NCBI GenBank assembly: GCA_038208115.1 | Contig: JBBQZC010000004.1 | Location: 10,530 to 74,529 of the forward strand | DNA from: Candidatus Moraniibacteriota bacterium | GTDB lineage: Bacteria > Patescibacteriota > Minisyncoccia > Moranbacterales > GCA-2747515 | Length of the DNA: 64,000 nt | Direction of reading: 5' to 3' | Shown here: positions 11,680-21,798 of the stretch, piece after piece | Position numbering within the stretch: position 1 is the stretch's first letter | How the letters are laid out: every line of letters starts with the position of its first letter | Made by a program: the position numbers and the translations under genes | Notes under the pieces: generated by a model | What the model was told of the DNA's origin: nothing | What the model saw: only the letters and a program-made list of their open reading frames with translations | The model's database searches: none

Positions 11680-12699
11680 TTATTTCTTTGATGCAATAAA
11701 ACCAATGCCGAATTTTTCGAACCACATGGCAAAATCCGAATTTACCCTTCGTTTTTGAATATATCTTCTTTTTTTGAGTATTATAAACATATTATACACC
11801 ACATCTGTAAATCCTTTCACTGTCACGATAAGCAAATCCCAAGTGCCGACATTGTTTTGAAAACGATTTACTATGCCCTTTCCTCTGAGTGCCAGCACGA
11901 GCAAATACGGATACCGTAGTACAGAATAAAACAACGCTTTGAGGCAATATATATGAGGATAATTTTTGATGATATTGTAATAAAGATTTCTATTGGTATG
12001 AAATGCGATAAATTTGGAGTATCCACCTGATGTCGCATTTTTGTGATGATATACTACCGATAGTGGGTTGTAAACGCACTGCCATCCACGCAACCGTGCA
12101 CGCCACCCCATATCCAGATCCTCGAGATAATATGCGTAGCTCTCATCAAAATACATCCCATCTTGTTTAATATCGTTTAATAATTCCACACTAAAAGCAG
12201 CCGCAGCTCCAGCAGGACAAAAAACTTCACATCGCTCATTACCCTTGTCAGATGACTCATGTAACAATCGATTGACAGCCAAACCGTCTTTTGTGATGAT
12301 GAGTCCTGCCGAATCAAACTGATCCCTATGCGTGTGAAAAAGGATCTTTGGTGCGACCATGCCAATTTTTTTTTCTACATTAATTTCAGCAACTATCTCT
12401 CGGATAAAATGTTCATCCACTTCCGTATCATTGTTGAGCAAGATGACATTTTCACATCCATCATCGATTGCACGCTGTATCCCGACGTTATTTGCCTTAC
12501 AAAAACCAGAATTATACCCCATCTCGATCAATATCACATTATCATATGCATCACGGACAAGTTCGATCGATCCATCTGTAGATCCATTATCCACCACAAA
12601 GATTACATGCTCACACGGCTCTGCATCACGCAATGACCGTAGACATTTATTCAAAAGGTCTTTTCTATTATAGTTGACGATTATTATTGCGTTTTTCAT
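11680..12699 (-). CDS. family 2 glycosyltransferase
   Basis: 'IIVNYNRKDLLNKCLRSL...VVDNGSTDGS' and a 'DxD'-region typical of the GT-A fold. Confidence 0.8.
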   Translation of the reverse strand: MKNAIIIVNYNRKDLLNKCLRSLRDAEPCEHVIFVVDNGSTDGSIELVRDAYDNVILIEMGYNSGFCKANNVGIQRAIDDGCENVILLNNDTEVDEHFIREIVAEINVEKKIGMVAPKILFHTHRDQFDSAGLIITKDGLAVNRLLHESSDKGNERCEVFCPAGAAAAFSVELLNDIKQDGMYFDESYAYYLEDLDMGWRARLRGWQCVYNPLSVVYHHKNATSGGYSKFIAFHTNRNLYYNIIKNYPHIYCLKALFYSVLRYPYLLVLALRGKGIVNRFQNNVGTWDLLIVTVKGFTDVVYNMFIILKKRRYIQKRRVNSDFAMWFEKFGIGFIASKK

Positions 12700-13910
12700 G
12701 AATTGAATTTTTCCTGTGTAAAAAATGCCGATATCTTTTTTTGCATCGGACCACGTGCATACAGTTCTGATTCTGCGAGGGCCCCACGCACCAATGTTGC
12801 TAATTGCACTTGGGCATTTGCACCATATAATACATCATACACCTTATCAGAGAGATCGTGCACATCTGTACAGACAAATCCATTGATATCGTTTTTTACC
12901 AATTCCGCAGATGCATTATCTGGATACGCGATTACAAAAACCGGCAACCCACATGCATTCGCCTCGACTACGGTAATCCCAAATCCTTCACGTTCTGATG
13001 GCTGGATCATAACTTTGGCTGATTTGATATGTGTAATCAATGCCACATAATCATCGACAAAATCGATGAGATCGATATTTTCATGCAATTTTTTAATCGT
13101 GATTAGATCGCTAATGCGTCCTCTATCTGGACCATCTCCGATGATAAGTGCTCGCAGAGGCGTGTCCAGTGACAGAGATTTTTCCACCACTTCCACGATA
13201 TGCTCGACATGCTTATGCGCGATGATCCGTCCATAATAGATGATATCGTATTTTTTTTCTTGCAGTGGCACACTGTTTATCGTTTCAGCATCGATATATG
13301 TCGGTGGCAGGATCGTGATCTTTTTTGCAGTTGATCCAAATGCGTGTACAATCTTTTTTTGCGTAAAATATGAAATCGCGAGGATGTGGTCAACAGCCAT
13401 ATAACTCAATTTCTCCAAAAAAACACCCAACCACCAGTAGTATGGATAGTATTTTTTCCAGTAATCTTTCCCCCAATATTCTGCCCAATTACCGATGATG
13501 ACTGGTTTTTTCTTTTTAAAAAATACTGCCACACGTGCAAAGATTAATGGAAAATACGGGAAAACATTGATAAACAAGATATCCTCATCACAGCGCAAAA
13601 CCCAAAAAAAAGTTGTGATACCAAACCACAGACTCACCATGCTGTTTCTTTTGTTGTTTTTTTTATAAATTGGTAATTTTGCACAAATACCCACATAAGT
13701 GATATCATCTTTAATCATGGTCGTCGCACCATCCCACTGCGTCATAGTAATGATTTTGACGACATTTTCTTGTGCGACGATTGTGGCATAATCATAGATC
13801 ATCTTCTCCTGCCCACCATAAAAATATGGATAAACACTCTCTGTGATGAAAGCGATCTTTTTCATAGATGTATTATTTAATTCTATTGAGCAAAACGACC
13901 AACTCATCAT
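12696..13910 (-). CDS. family 1/4 glycosyltransferase (GT-B)
   Basis: C-terminal 'EGFGITVVEANACGLPV' (EX7E-type motif). Confidence 0.75.
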   Translation of the reverse strand: MMSWSFCSIELNNTSMKKIAFITESVYPYFYGGQEKMIYDYATIVAQENVVKIITMTQWDGATTMIKDDITYVGICAKLPIYKKNNKRNSMVSLWFGITTFFWVLRCDEDILFINVFPYFPLIFARVAVFFKKKKPVIIGNWAEYWGKDYWKKYYPYYWWLGVFLEKLSYMAVDHILAISYFTQKKIVHAFGSTAKKITILPPTYIDAETINSVPLQEKKYDIIYYGRIIAHKHVEHIVEVVEKSLSLDTPLRALIIGDGPDRGRISDLITIKKLHENIDLIDFVDDYVALITHIKSAKVMIQPSEREGFGITVVEANACGLPVFVIAYPDNASAELVKNDINGFVCTDVHDLSDKVYDVLYGANAQVQLATLVRGALAESELYARGPMQKKISAFFTQEKFNS

Positions 13911-14784
13911 GTCGACGCTTGATAGAACTCAAGATCAAACCAGAAATACCACTGATCAGTCCTGCGATGAAAAGAAAGCCAGAAACGATAAGTGACGGTA
14001 TCCGCGTCACGAGTCCTGTCGCAAAATACTCTGCAGTACCTACCCAACCCAATACCGCTCCACTCAAGAAACACGCTCCTGCCAGAAAAGTAAAAAATTG
14101 TAACGGCTTGTAATCCCGAAAAAGTGATACGAGCGTATAGAGAGCGATCGTGCCATCCCGCACAGCGTTGATCTTGGAGTGACTCCCCTTGGGTCGTGGA
14201 GCAAGTGCTATCGACACTTCTTTGACGACCATCCCTTTTTCGACAGCTTGAATCGTCAATTCTGGCTCAATCGAAAATCCCCCAGCCAATAGCGCAGTAG
14301 AATTCATAAATCGCTTGTTCATCACGCGCAAGCCCGATTGCATATCGTTAAACCGCGTACGAAAGAACATATTGAGCACTGCATTGAGAAATTTATTACC
14401 AAACCAATGACTTGTACTAAATGCCGTGCGATTGGTTGTGACCATTCGATTTCCCACCGCCATATCTGCGATGTCTTTTACAATCAGGTCAATCAGTATG
14501 TGCACATCGATTGCCCGATATGTATCATCCCCATCCACAAGCACGAAGATGTCCTCGCGAAATTCCTCGAGTGATCTTTGTACCGCATGTCCTTTACCTT
14601 GTTTTTTTTCAAAAACGACCTCTGCGCCTGCTTTACGTGCTTTGATTTGCGTTTTGTCAGTAGAATTATTATCCACCACGAGGATGCGTGCATGTGGCAA
14701 TTCTTTTTTGAAATCTCTGACGACTTTTTCGATTGTTTTTTCTTCGTTGTAACACGGGATCACGACAATGATTTTTTCATTCAT
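13873..14784 (-). CDS. polyprenyl-phosphate glycosyltransferase (GtrB/DPM1-like GT2)
   Basis: 'VVIPCYNEEKTIEKVV...VVDNNSTDKT', a DxD motif and two C-terminal TM helices, characteristic of GtrB/ArnC-type enzymes. Confidence 0.75.
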   Translation of the reverse strand: MNEKIIVVIPCYNEEKTIEKVVRDFKKELPHARILVVDNNSTDKTQIKARKAGAEVVFEKKQGKGHAVQRSLEEFREDIFVLVDGDDTYRAIDVHILIDLIVKDIADMAVGNRMVTTNRTAFSTSHWFGNKFLNAVLNMFFRTRFNDMQSGLRVMNKRFMNSTALLAGGFSIEPELTIQAVEKGMVVKEVSIALAPRPKGSHSKINAVRDGTIALYTLVSLFRDYKPLQFFTFLAGACFLSGAVLGWVGTAEYFATGLVTRIPSLIVSGFLFIAGLISGISGLILSSIKRRHDELVVLLNRIK

Positions 14785-14788
14785 ACTA

Positions 14789-16552
14789 TTATTTTAACTT
14801 AAATACAGTATAAGACATATAGTCCCCCTTAAATTTATCAGACCAGACTTCATAATAATCTTCGATCAATTCTGGGCTCATAGCAATCGTACGGCTCAAT
14901 TCTTCTGAATTTGAGAGGATTATGCGTGCACCGAAGTCGTTTTTGATCGAATTAATGACCTTTTCACTATTTTCTTTCCGAAAAGCATTTCTTGTTTCTG
15001 CATCTGTTCTCTTGACCATCAATTCATCGTACAATTCATCTCTACATGCCTTTGGTAACTCACAATAATATTTGGTTGCAAAAATATTATAATACTTCCA
15101 ATACAATGATTCATCATATGCTTTAAGCGCCAGAGGCTCGATCCCCATAGAGTATCGATTATGTGAATTTTCAAAAAACATCAAACTGAAATAACTCCAG
15201 TTATGCAGATACACCTTCTCCCCATCCTCTGAATGTTCATCGATCCATTGTGCTGCTAATCGTGCTGGCTGATAGTCAAATGTATTGGACTTTGTATAGA
15301 TCACCATCAATGACTGTGCACACAAAGCCAATACAATGAGCCACATGAAGATCACAAATCCTTTGCCCGCAAAAAATCGTTGTGGGATTAATTGTGTATC
15401 GAGTAACGCTGTAATCGTAAAGCCCATCAAAAGCACCAGAGACGGTGCAACAAAATCGAGAAGTCGCCCCGTGACCATATACGAGCCTCCGATCATACAG
15501 AGTAAAAAGATTGTCAAACAACACAACCAGTGCATCTGACGTGTACGTAATGATCCATTGATCACATGATCTTCTTTTTTATAGAGATAATACATATATC
15601 CCACTGCCATCGTACAAAAGATCACTGCAACGCCCGTAATTGCTTGAGTAAACGTATAGGACATCAGATTTGACGTGGCCATCTCATTACCTCCGAGAGA
15701 TCCATTTGCATTATCGACGCTATTTTGTCGTATCGCAAAAATCCATAGTAGCCATGCATACAATGATTTTGGAAATCCTGGGAAAAATATCATCCCACAT
15801 ACGATGCCACCGAGAGCGATCAGGAAATTTTTTATATCAATCTTCTTCTCAACGAGATATCGAGATACCTCTACTACACCCACAATGACAAGTGGCAAAA
15901 AATACGTCGATTGATGCCAGAGGACATGCACAAGAACTACAAAAAAGAGTGGTACATACTTCTTACGGATCGCAAAATACATCTCTAAGAAAACGAGTCC
16001 AATCATCAGGACAAGTGCTCGTCCGAGCAAAATCCTCGACAAAAAAAATATCGATCCTATGAGGAGTAGTGCAAAAAAAAGCGGATGACGCACCCTCTCT
16101 TTGCGCATGATGAAATATAACAGAGCAACCACGACACTCCCATAAAACGCATCCGCCACATGTAACCCAAAAAGCCAATCGGTAAAATACGTAAATGGGA
16201 TCAGTGACACTTGGAAAAGACTGACTGTATAACGACTACCCCCATCAGCACCATGCCCAGAAAGATAAATCCAATCAAAATGATTTACGGCATCCAATCC
16301 CTCAGTGCGCAATAAATATGCGTACTTGAAGTGAAAGTAATGATCGTCAAAGATCGGATCACCCTCCGCAAGAGCATAAATTGTCGTCAATGTGCCAAAA
16401 AACACGAGAAAGAATATCCCCGATGCAATGAGTGGATTATCCCATATTTTTTTGACAAAAAAAGCACATCGATCGCACAAACGATACAGGATATGCTGAG
16501 ATTGATCATCACGTGTAGTACTCTTTGTCTTTTTTTTACGCTTCTTTTTCAT
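14789..16552 (-). CDS. GT-C fold membrane glycosyltransferase (ArnT/PMT-like), paralog A
   Basis: About 11 TM helices. First loop 'GDPIFDDHYFHFKYAYLL' resembles the ArnT/PMT DE-x-x-Y/F motif. C-terminal ~150-aa soluble domain. Clear paralog of the next gene. Confidence 0.5.
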   Translation of the reverse strand: MKKKRKKKTKSTTRDDQSQHILYRLCDRCAFFVKKIWDNPLIASGIFFLVFFGTLTTIYALAEGDPIFDDHYFHFKYAYLLRTEGLDAVNHFDWIYLSGHGADGGSRYTVSLFQVSLIPFTYFTDWLFGLHVADAFYGSVVVALLYFIMRKERVRHPLFFALLLIGSIFFLSRILLGRALVLMIGLVFLEMYFAIRKKYVPLFFVVLVHVLWHQSTYFLPLVIVGVVEVSRYLVEKKIDIKNFLIALGGIVCGMIFFPGFPKSLYAWLLWIFAIRQNSVDNANGSLGGNEMATSNLMSYTFTQAITGVAVIFCTMAVGYMYYLYKKEDHVINGSLRTRQMHWLCCLTIFLLCMIGGSYMVTGRLLDFVAPSLVLLMGFTITALLDTQLIPQRFFAGKGFVIFMWLIVLALCAQSLMVIYTKSNTFDYQPARLAAQWIDEHSEDGEKVYLHNWSYFSLMFFENSHNRYSMGIEPLALKAYDESLYWKYYNIFATKYYCELPKACRDELYDELMVKRTDAETRNAFRKENSEKVINSIKNDFGARIILSNSEELSRTIAMSPELIEDYYEVWSDKFKGDYMSYTVFKLK

Positions 16553-16556
16553 ATAA

Positions 16557-18254
16557 TCATTTTAACTTAAATACGGTAAAAGACATATGTGGTCCACTGA
16601 ATTTTTCCGAATCAACGTGATACCAGGTGTCGATGAGCTCAGGGCTCGCCAAGATGACATCATCAAATTTTTGCGAATCAGATACGATAAATTTTGCATC
16701 AAAATCATTCCTGATGGAATTGATGACTTTTTTACTGTTGTTTTTTGAAAATTTTTCTTTATATGACGGATCTTTATTTTCCATCTGCACCATCGCCTTA
16801 TCCAATACATCACCGCAATCGCCTTCTCCTTCACAATACGCACTATGTGCAAGCATATTATAATATTTCCAATACAATGTCTTGTCATAACCTTTGAGTG
16901 CTGCTGGTTCAATACCTGTAGAATAGACATTTTTTGTATTACCAAAAAACATCAAACTAAAATTGCCCCAATTGTGCAGATAGACTTTTTCCCGTCCATC
17001 AGAATGATCACTGATCCACTGCGCTGCTGCTCGCGCAGGTGTATAATCGTACGTGTTAGATTTTGCATACATGTAGATCATCGTGTTAGCACACAAGACG
17101 AGTAACCACATCCAACAGATTGCAACAATCCATTTATGAAATTGCACATTGATCGTAAACATGCCAGACTCACGCAATATCGTCACGACAAAAGCAAAAA
17201 GTAATACAAGTGTCAGTAAAACAAAGTCAAAAAATCGTCCACTCACAGCAGTTGCGCCATATGTAACAACTAATAAAAAGATGAACAACGTATACAGCCA
17301 TTGAAATCGATGTGCATCTTTTACGTGCACAAGGACACCATCTTTTTTTCGTGCGATATAAATAAATATTACAGAAGTCACACACACAACAAAAACAAAG
17401 AAAACAAATTCCTGACCGACAAAATACGTCATAAAATCCTTTGTGGCTAACTCCGCACCACTCAGTGAGCCACTTGTTGCACTTGCGTCGCCACCTTGGA
17501 TGACGAAGATCCACTGCAGCCAACTAAAAAGTGACCCAGGAAAACCGGGGAAAAACATCATACCGACGACCGTTGCACCAGCAGTTGTCATGATCGTTTT
17601 ACCATCACATTTCTCATGTGCCACATATCGTGCGATCTCTGCGATTCCGACGATAATCAGTGGTAAAAAAAACGTGGTTTGATGCCACAAGACATGTAAT
17701 AATGCGACAAAAAACAATGGAACATACTTCCGATGGATTGCACAATACATCTCGAGAAATATCAACCCGGTCATCAATACAAAAGATCGTCCGAGGAGAA
17801 ATCGTGCAATAAAATACGATGATGTGAGGAGGAGTAACGTAAAAAATAACGGATTTTGTACACGCTCTTTGCGCAAAATATAATACACGATGGCGATCAC
17901 CAGACTCATATAAAAAGCAATTGCCACATGCATGCCAAAAAGTTGATCATCAAAATACGTAAATGGGATCAGTGATACATGATAAAGATTGACAGCATAG
18001 CGAATGCCATCTTCTCCACTAGACGTGAGATAAATCCAATCAAATTTTTGTACGACATTCCACCCCTGTGTACGCAATAGCTCTGCATATCTGAAGTGGA
18101 AATATTCATCATCAGGCACAGGATCACCATCAGAAATCCCAAAAATCGTGACAAAAAAAGAAAATATCACTACAAAAAAAATCGTTGACGCAATAAGCGG
18201 ACGACCCCAGTATGTGTGAAAATTTCGTATTATTGTGTTTTTTTCCATATCCAT
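16557..18254 (-). CDS. GT-C fold membrane glycosyltransferase (ArnT/PMT-like), paralog B
   Basis: 'GDPVPDDEYFHFRYAELL' loop motif. Collinear about 55% identity with the 14789-16552 product, including the C-terminal 'YDYxPARxAAQWI...KVYLHNW...TVFKLK'. Confidence 0.5.
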   Translation of the reverse strand: MDMEKNTIIRNFHTYWGRPLIASTIFFVVIFSFFVTIFGISDGDPVPDDEYFHFRYAELLRTQGWNVVQKFDWIYLTSSGEDGIRYAVNLYHVSLIPFTYFDDQLFGMHVAIAFYMSLVIAIVYYILRKERVQNPLFFTLLLLTSSYFIARFLLGRSFVLMTGLIFLEMYCAIHRKYVPLFFVALLHVLWHQTTFFLPLIIVGIAEIARYVAHEKCDGKTIMTTAGATVVGMMFFPGFPGSLFSWLQWIFVIQGGDASATSGSLSGAELATKDFMTYFVGQEFVFFVFVVCVTSVIFIYIARKKDGVLVHVKDAHRFQWLYTLFIFLLVVTYGATAVSGRFFDFVLLTLVLLFAFVVTILRESGMFTINVQFHKWIVAICWMWLLVLCANTMIYMYAKSNTYDYTPARAAAQWISDHSDGREKVYLHNWGNFSLMFFGNTKNVYSTGIEPAALKGYDKTLYWKYYNMLAHSAYCEGEGDCGDVLDKAMVQMENKDPSYKEKFSKNNSKKVINSIRNDFDAKFIVSDSQKFDDVILASPELIDTWYHVDSEKFSGPHMSFTVFKLK

Positions 18255-18335
18255 CGATCAAATCAGCATTATCTTTCTCAAAAAACTCTCTATACTTGCC
18301 GTTTATCATTAAACAGCAAGTATAAGAATTTTCTA

Positions 18336-18737
18336 CTAACAACCTGTGTCGTTAAAAGTACATCCTACTTGCGTGCATATTGCTCTAGCGCATTCAGCTG
18401 CACCGAAACTTGCTGTATACTTAAAGTCACCACTTCCATCAGCTAAAGTCACGTCAGTTGCTCCTGTCCAGTTTCCAGATGGATCCAAAAGTGGCCATTG
18501 TGCCTCACTACCTGCACACATTGAGCTTCTCACCGTTGCTGATGAAGGGGTCACAAGGTTCAGATTATCATCCATACACAGAATTGCTCCTGGAACTGTT
18601 GATGAAATTGATGACTTCACAGATGCATCCTTAGCTTTTTGTCGTGCACTGTTCAACGATACCAAAACAATAGATGCTAAGATACCGATGATCGCGATCA
18701 CGATCAAAAGTTCAATTAATGTAAAACCTTTTTTCAT
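18336..18737 (-). CDS. pilA: type IV pilin (probable major pilin)
   Basis: '[25 protein letters not shown]' canonical class III signal with G-1. Strong SD 'GGAGGTG' 7 nt upstream. C-terminal Cys pairs. Confidence 0.85.
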   Translation of the reverse strand: MKKGFTLIELLIVIAIIGILASIVLVSLNSARQKAKDASVKSSISSTVPGAILCMDDNLNLVTPSSATVRSSMCAGSEAQWPLLDPSGNWTGATDVTLADGSGDFKYTASFGAAECARAICTQVGCTFNDTGC

Positions 18738-18783
18738 TTACATTTCACCTCCATTCCATTTTTGTTTTTATCTTTACTCATAC

Positions 18784-18813
18784 AGTATATATCATAACTA
18801 CAAAAAATGTAAT
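18784..18813 (-). promoter_or_regulatory. candidate sigma-70-type promoter for pilA
   Basis: Minus strand TTACAT-N17-TATACT (plus 18807-18812 and 18784-18789). The same region contains direct repeats 'aactttcactttt'. Confidence 0.35.
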
Positions 18814-18913
18814 ATTATTGTCCACAGTTTATCCACTCTTGCCAAAACTGAAATCGTCTCACCTGAATTCTTCATTCTCCAATTTTTAACTTTTCACTTT
18901 CAACTTTCACTTT

Positions 18914-20122
18914 TTATAATTGTCCTGCGATATTATAAATCGGTAGCAAAACGGAAAACACCAACACACCGACACCCAGACCGAGAATTACGATCAAGAT
19001 TGGCTCAATGATTGATGACAAGTTTCGTGTGATTTGATCCACTTCTGACGTATAAAATCGTGCGATGTCTTCCAGGATATCACTCATACGCCCTGTTTCT
19101 TCTCCGATCTTAATCATGCTGGATACCATCGGAGGTATTTCTTCATGTTTGAAAAATTCTTTATTGATCTCACCACCCACTTTTACATCTTGCGCAGATT
19201 TCAAAATAATATTTTTATAGACGATATTATCCACGACATCAGCTACGACGATGAGCGCACGCACAATCGGGATACCACCCTTGAGAAGTACAGAGAGGTT
19301 TTCTGCAAAACGCGTAATGTAGACATAGCGAAATAATTGTCCGACAACGGGAATACGCAACTTGATACGATCCCATTCTCTACTCCCTTCTTCAGATCGC
19401 GCATAGTAGATCATCGATGCAATCACACCAACGATAACGACCAACACAGCCCACCAATACACCTGCATGAAATCCCCTATTTTGATCATCAAATTTGTAT
19501 ACCATGGGATCTCCACATTGAGATCTTTGATCACTTGTGTCAATTTCGGTAATATCCATGTCATCGTCAAAAATCCGATCACAGATGCTACACTGATCAC
19601 AAAAATCGGATACATCAGTGCTCCACGCACTTTACTTTTCAATTGATAATTTTGTTCTGCGCTTTCCGCGACAAAATCGATTGCTCCTTGCAAATTACCA
19701 GAAACTTCTCCAGCTCTGATCATGCTCACGGCAAGTGTCGTAAATATATTTTCATGTTTTGCAAAGCTCTCCGAGATCGACATACCATCCTCCACATCTG
19801 CAGCTACCTCAGTAACCACGATCCGCAACTGTGCATTTTCTGTCTGTGCATGGATCGTACGTAATGATGGTGCGATCGGAATCTTTGCACCCACAAGTGT
19901 CGATAACTGTCGATAAAAAAGCAAGAGATCTTTTTGCGTCACTGATGCTGTCAATCTTTCGATTGCAGACACTATCGATGTGCCCTGCTTGAATTCTTTT
20001 AATTCAATTGGGATGAGATCATTTTTTTGCAACAGCTTGGTCGCTGTTTCTTTGTCAATTGCCTCGATCTTTCCGCGCTTCACTTCGCCAGTTTGTGTCT
20101 GCGCCTTAAATTTAAATTGCAT
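18914..20122 (-). CDS. pilC: type IV pilus platform protein PilC/GspF
   Basis: 402 aa with two GspF repeats and three TM segments. Ends 'LLPIYNIAGQL'. Confidence 0.9.
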   Translation of the reverse strand: MQFKFKAQTQTGEVKRGKIEAIDKETATKLLQKNDLIPIELKEFKQGTSIVSAIERLTASVTQKDLLLFYRQLSTLVGAKIPIAPSLRTIHAQTENAQLRIVVTEVAADVEDGMSISESFAKHENIFTTLAVSMIRAGEVSGNLQGAIDFVAESAEQNYQLKSKVRGALMYPIFVISVASVIGFLTMTWILPKLTQVIKDLNVEIPWYTNLMIKIGDFMQVYWWAVLVVIVGVIASMIYYARSEEGSREWDRIKLRIPVVGQLFRYVYITRFAENLSVLLKGGIPIVRALIVVADVVDNIVYKNIILKSAQDVKVGGEINKEFFKHEEIPPMVSSMIKIGEETGRMSDILEDIARFYTSEVDQITRNLSSIIEPILIVILGLGVGVLVFSVLLPIYNIAGQL

Positions 20123-20259
20123 AAAAAATAGTTTATAAAGTTAAAAGTTTATAAAGTTTGAAATGTGTAAAATTCATATTTTTTCGTATTATAAGTATTA
20201 TAATTTTTTGTAATGATCTATGAAATGTGCACCTTTAACATTATGAACTGCTTTCCTCT

Positions 20260-21360
20260 CTATTCATCAATATGGATTTGTTCACCACGACCGACTAACA
20301 TACGGACATAATCACGATTTTTTGCATATGTCATAGCTTGCTCCAATGTGATATGACCCGCCTGCAATAATTCCGCGAGAGATTTGTCCAGTGAAATCAT
20401 ACCGTCTTTTGAACTGGTTTCAATGACTGTGTCAATCTGATATGTTTTATCTTCACGTATCAAGTTTTCGATTGCGTGATTTTTGATCATGATCTCCACC
20501 GCCGGAATACGACCGCCATTTGTATGCGGGATCAAACGTTGTGACATGACACCTAAAAGTACATTTGATAACTGTGAACGGATCTGATTTTGCTGATGTG
20601 ATGGAAATGTATCGACGATACGATCGATCGTTTGTGCTGAATCATTTGTATGCAATGTTGCAAAAATCAGATGGCCCGTCTCAGCTGCAGTGATCGCCGT
20701 ACCGATTGTCTCGAGATCGCGCATCTCACCGATGAGAATCACATTCGTATCTTCACGAAGTGCCGCACGCAAAGCGCCTGAAAATGTCTGTGAATCCTGT
20801 CCGATTTCACGCTGATTGATAATACAGAGATCTTGCTCATACATATATTCGATCGGATCCTCAATCGTGATAATATGGTTTTTCTTATTATGATTGATAT
20901 AATCCACCAACGCAGCGAGCGTCGTCGACTTTCCATGACCGACTGGTCCTGTGACGAGGAAGAGTCCCTGAGAGAAATTTGCAAACTCATATACGAGTTG
21001 TGGCACACCCAATTCATCGAGTTGTCGGATTTTGCTGTTGATCACACGCATAACGATTCCCACATACCCTCTTTGATAAAAGACATTTGTACGAAAACGG
21101 ACTTTATCTTCTAGGCTATATGAAAAATCGATCTCTCCGTTCTGTAGAAATTTTTCTTTATGATGTGCATTCATGAAATAATCTGCAAATGCCTTTGTGT
21201 CCTCTGGAAGCAAAGCTGCCTCCTGTTCCAATGGGATCAATTTCCCGTCAATACGCAAGGTCGGATGTCGACCGACGGCAAAATGCAAATCTGATGCATT
21301 TTGTTGTGCACCGAGTCGCAATAAATTTTTCAACCGCTGTTCTACATGTAATGAGCTCAT
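20260..21360 (-). CDS. pilT: twitching-motility/retraction ATPase PilT
   Basis: N-terminus 'LRLGAQQNASDLHF', Walker A 'GPVGHGKSTT' and His/Asp boxes. 366 aa, typical PilT size. Confidence 0.9.
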   Translation of the reverse strand: MSSLHVEQRLKNLLRLGAQQNASDLHFAVGRHPTLRIDGKLIPLEQEAALLPEDTKAFADYFMNAHHKEKFLQNGEIDFSYSLEDKVRFRTNVFYQRGYVGIVMRVINSKIRQLDELGVPQLVYEFANFSQGLFLVTGPVGHGKSTTLAALVDYINHNKKNHIITIEDPIEYMYEQDLCIINQREIGQDSQTFSGALRAALREDTNVILIGEMRDLETIGTAITAAETGHLIFATLHTNDSAQTIDRIVDTFPSHQQNQIRSQLSNVLLGVMSQRLIPHTNGGRIPAVEIMIKNHAIENLIREDKTYQIDTVIETSSKDGMISLDKSLAELLQAGHITLEQAMTYAKNRDYVRMLVGRGEQIHIDE

Positions 21361-21384
21361 AATTTTTTGTATTTATCAATTTTT

Positions 21385-21780
21385 CTATAGCATGTATTTT
21401 TGCACTTTTGCCAAAACTTCTGATGGTGTAAAATGTGATTTGATCAAAAAATCCTTTGCACCCAGTGCCATGCCACGATCCACATCTTCCTTTTGTGATA
21501 AATTCGTCAAAAGCACAACTGGAATTCCTTTCCACTCTTCACGATGACTGATGGCTTCCAAAACATCGAATCCATCCATGTATGGCATCACAATATCCAA
21601 GAGCATAATGTGTGGTCGCACACCTGCTTCCAATTTTTCGATCGCATCTCTACCATTATTTGCCAAAACGACATTGTATCCAGCATCTTTCAATTTCACT
21701 TCATAAATATCCCCGATAAATGCATCATCTTCAGCGATCATGATCGTCTTTTTTTCTTGCTGTAATTCTTCTTGTGTCAT
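21385..21780 (-). CDS. single-domain response regulator (CheY-like receiver, PilH-like)
   Basis: 'IMIAEDDAFIG...LLDIVMPYMDGFDVL...PVVLLTNL...K' contains the receiver-domain acid pocket, T/S and K. Confidence 0.85.
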   Translation of the reverse strand: MTQEELQQEKKTIMIAEDDAFIGDIYEVKLKDAGYNVVLANNGRDAIEKLEAGVRPHIMLLDIVMPYMDGFDVLEAISHREEWKGIPVVLLTNLSQKEDVDRGMALGAKDFLIKSHFTPSEVLAKVQKYML

Positions 21781-21798
21781 ATGCGTATTCTATAATTA

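Noticed and set aside
16562-18154. Numerous 60-130-aa ORFs on both strands inside the GT-C paralogs and other large genes
   Set aside because: They are embedded in longer, domain-supported reading frames, have compositional bias typical of antisense frames, and show no independent signals.
18262-18321. Intrinsic terminator between pilA and the GT-C gene
   Set aside because: A 6-bp stem (acttgc…gcaagt) with a 16-nt loop, and the T run is 18 nt away. It is too weak to call, so read-through into the GT-C genes is likely.
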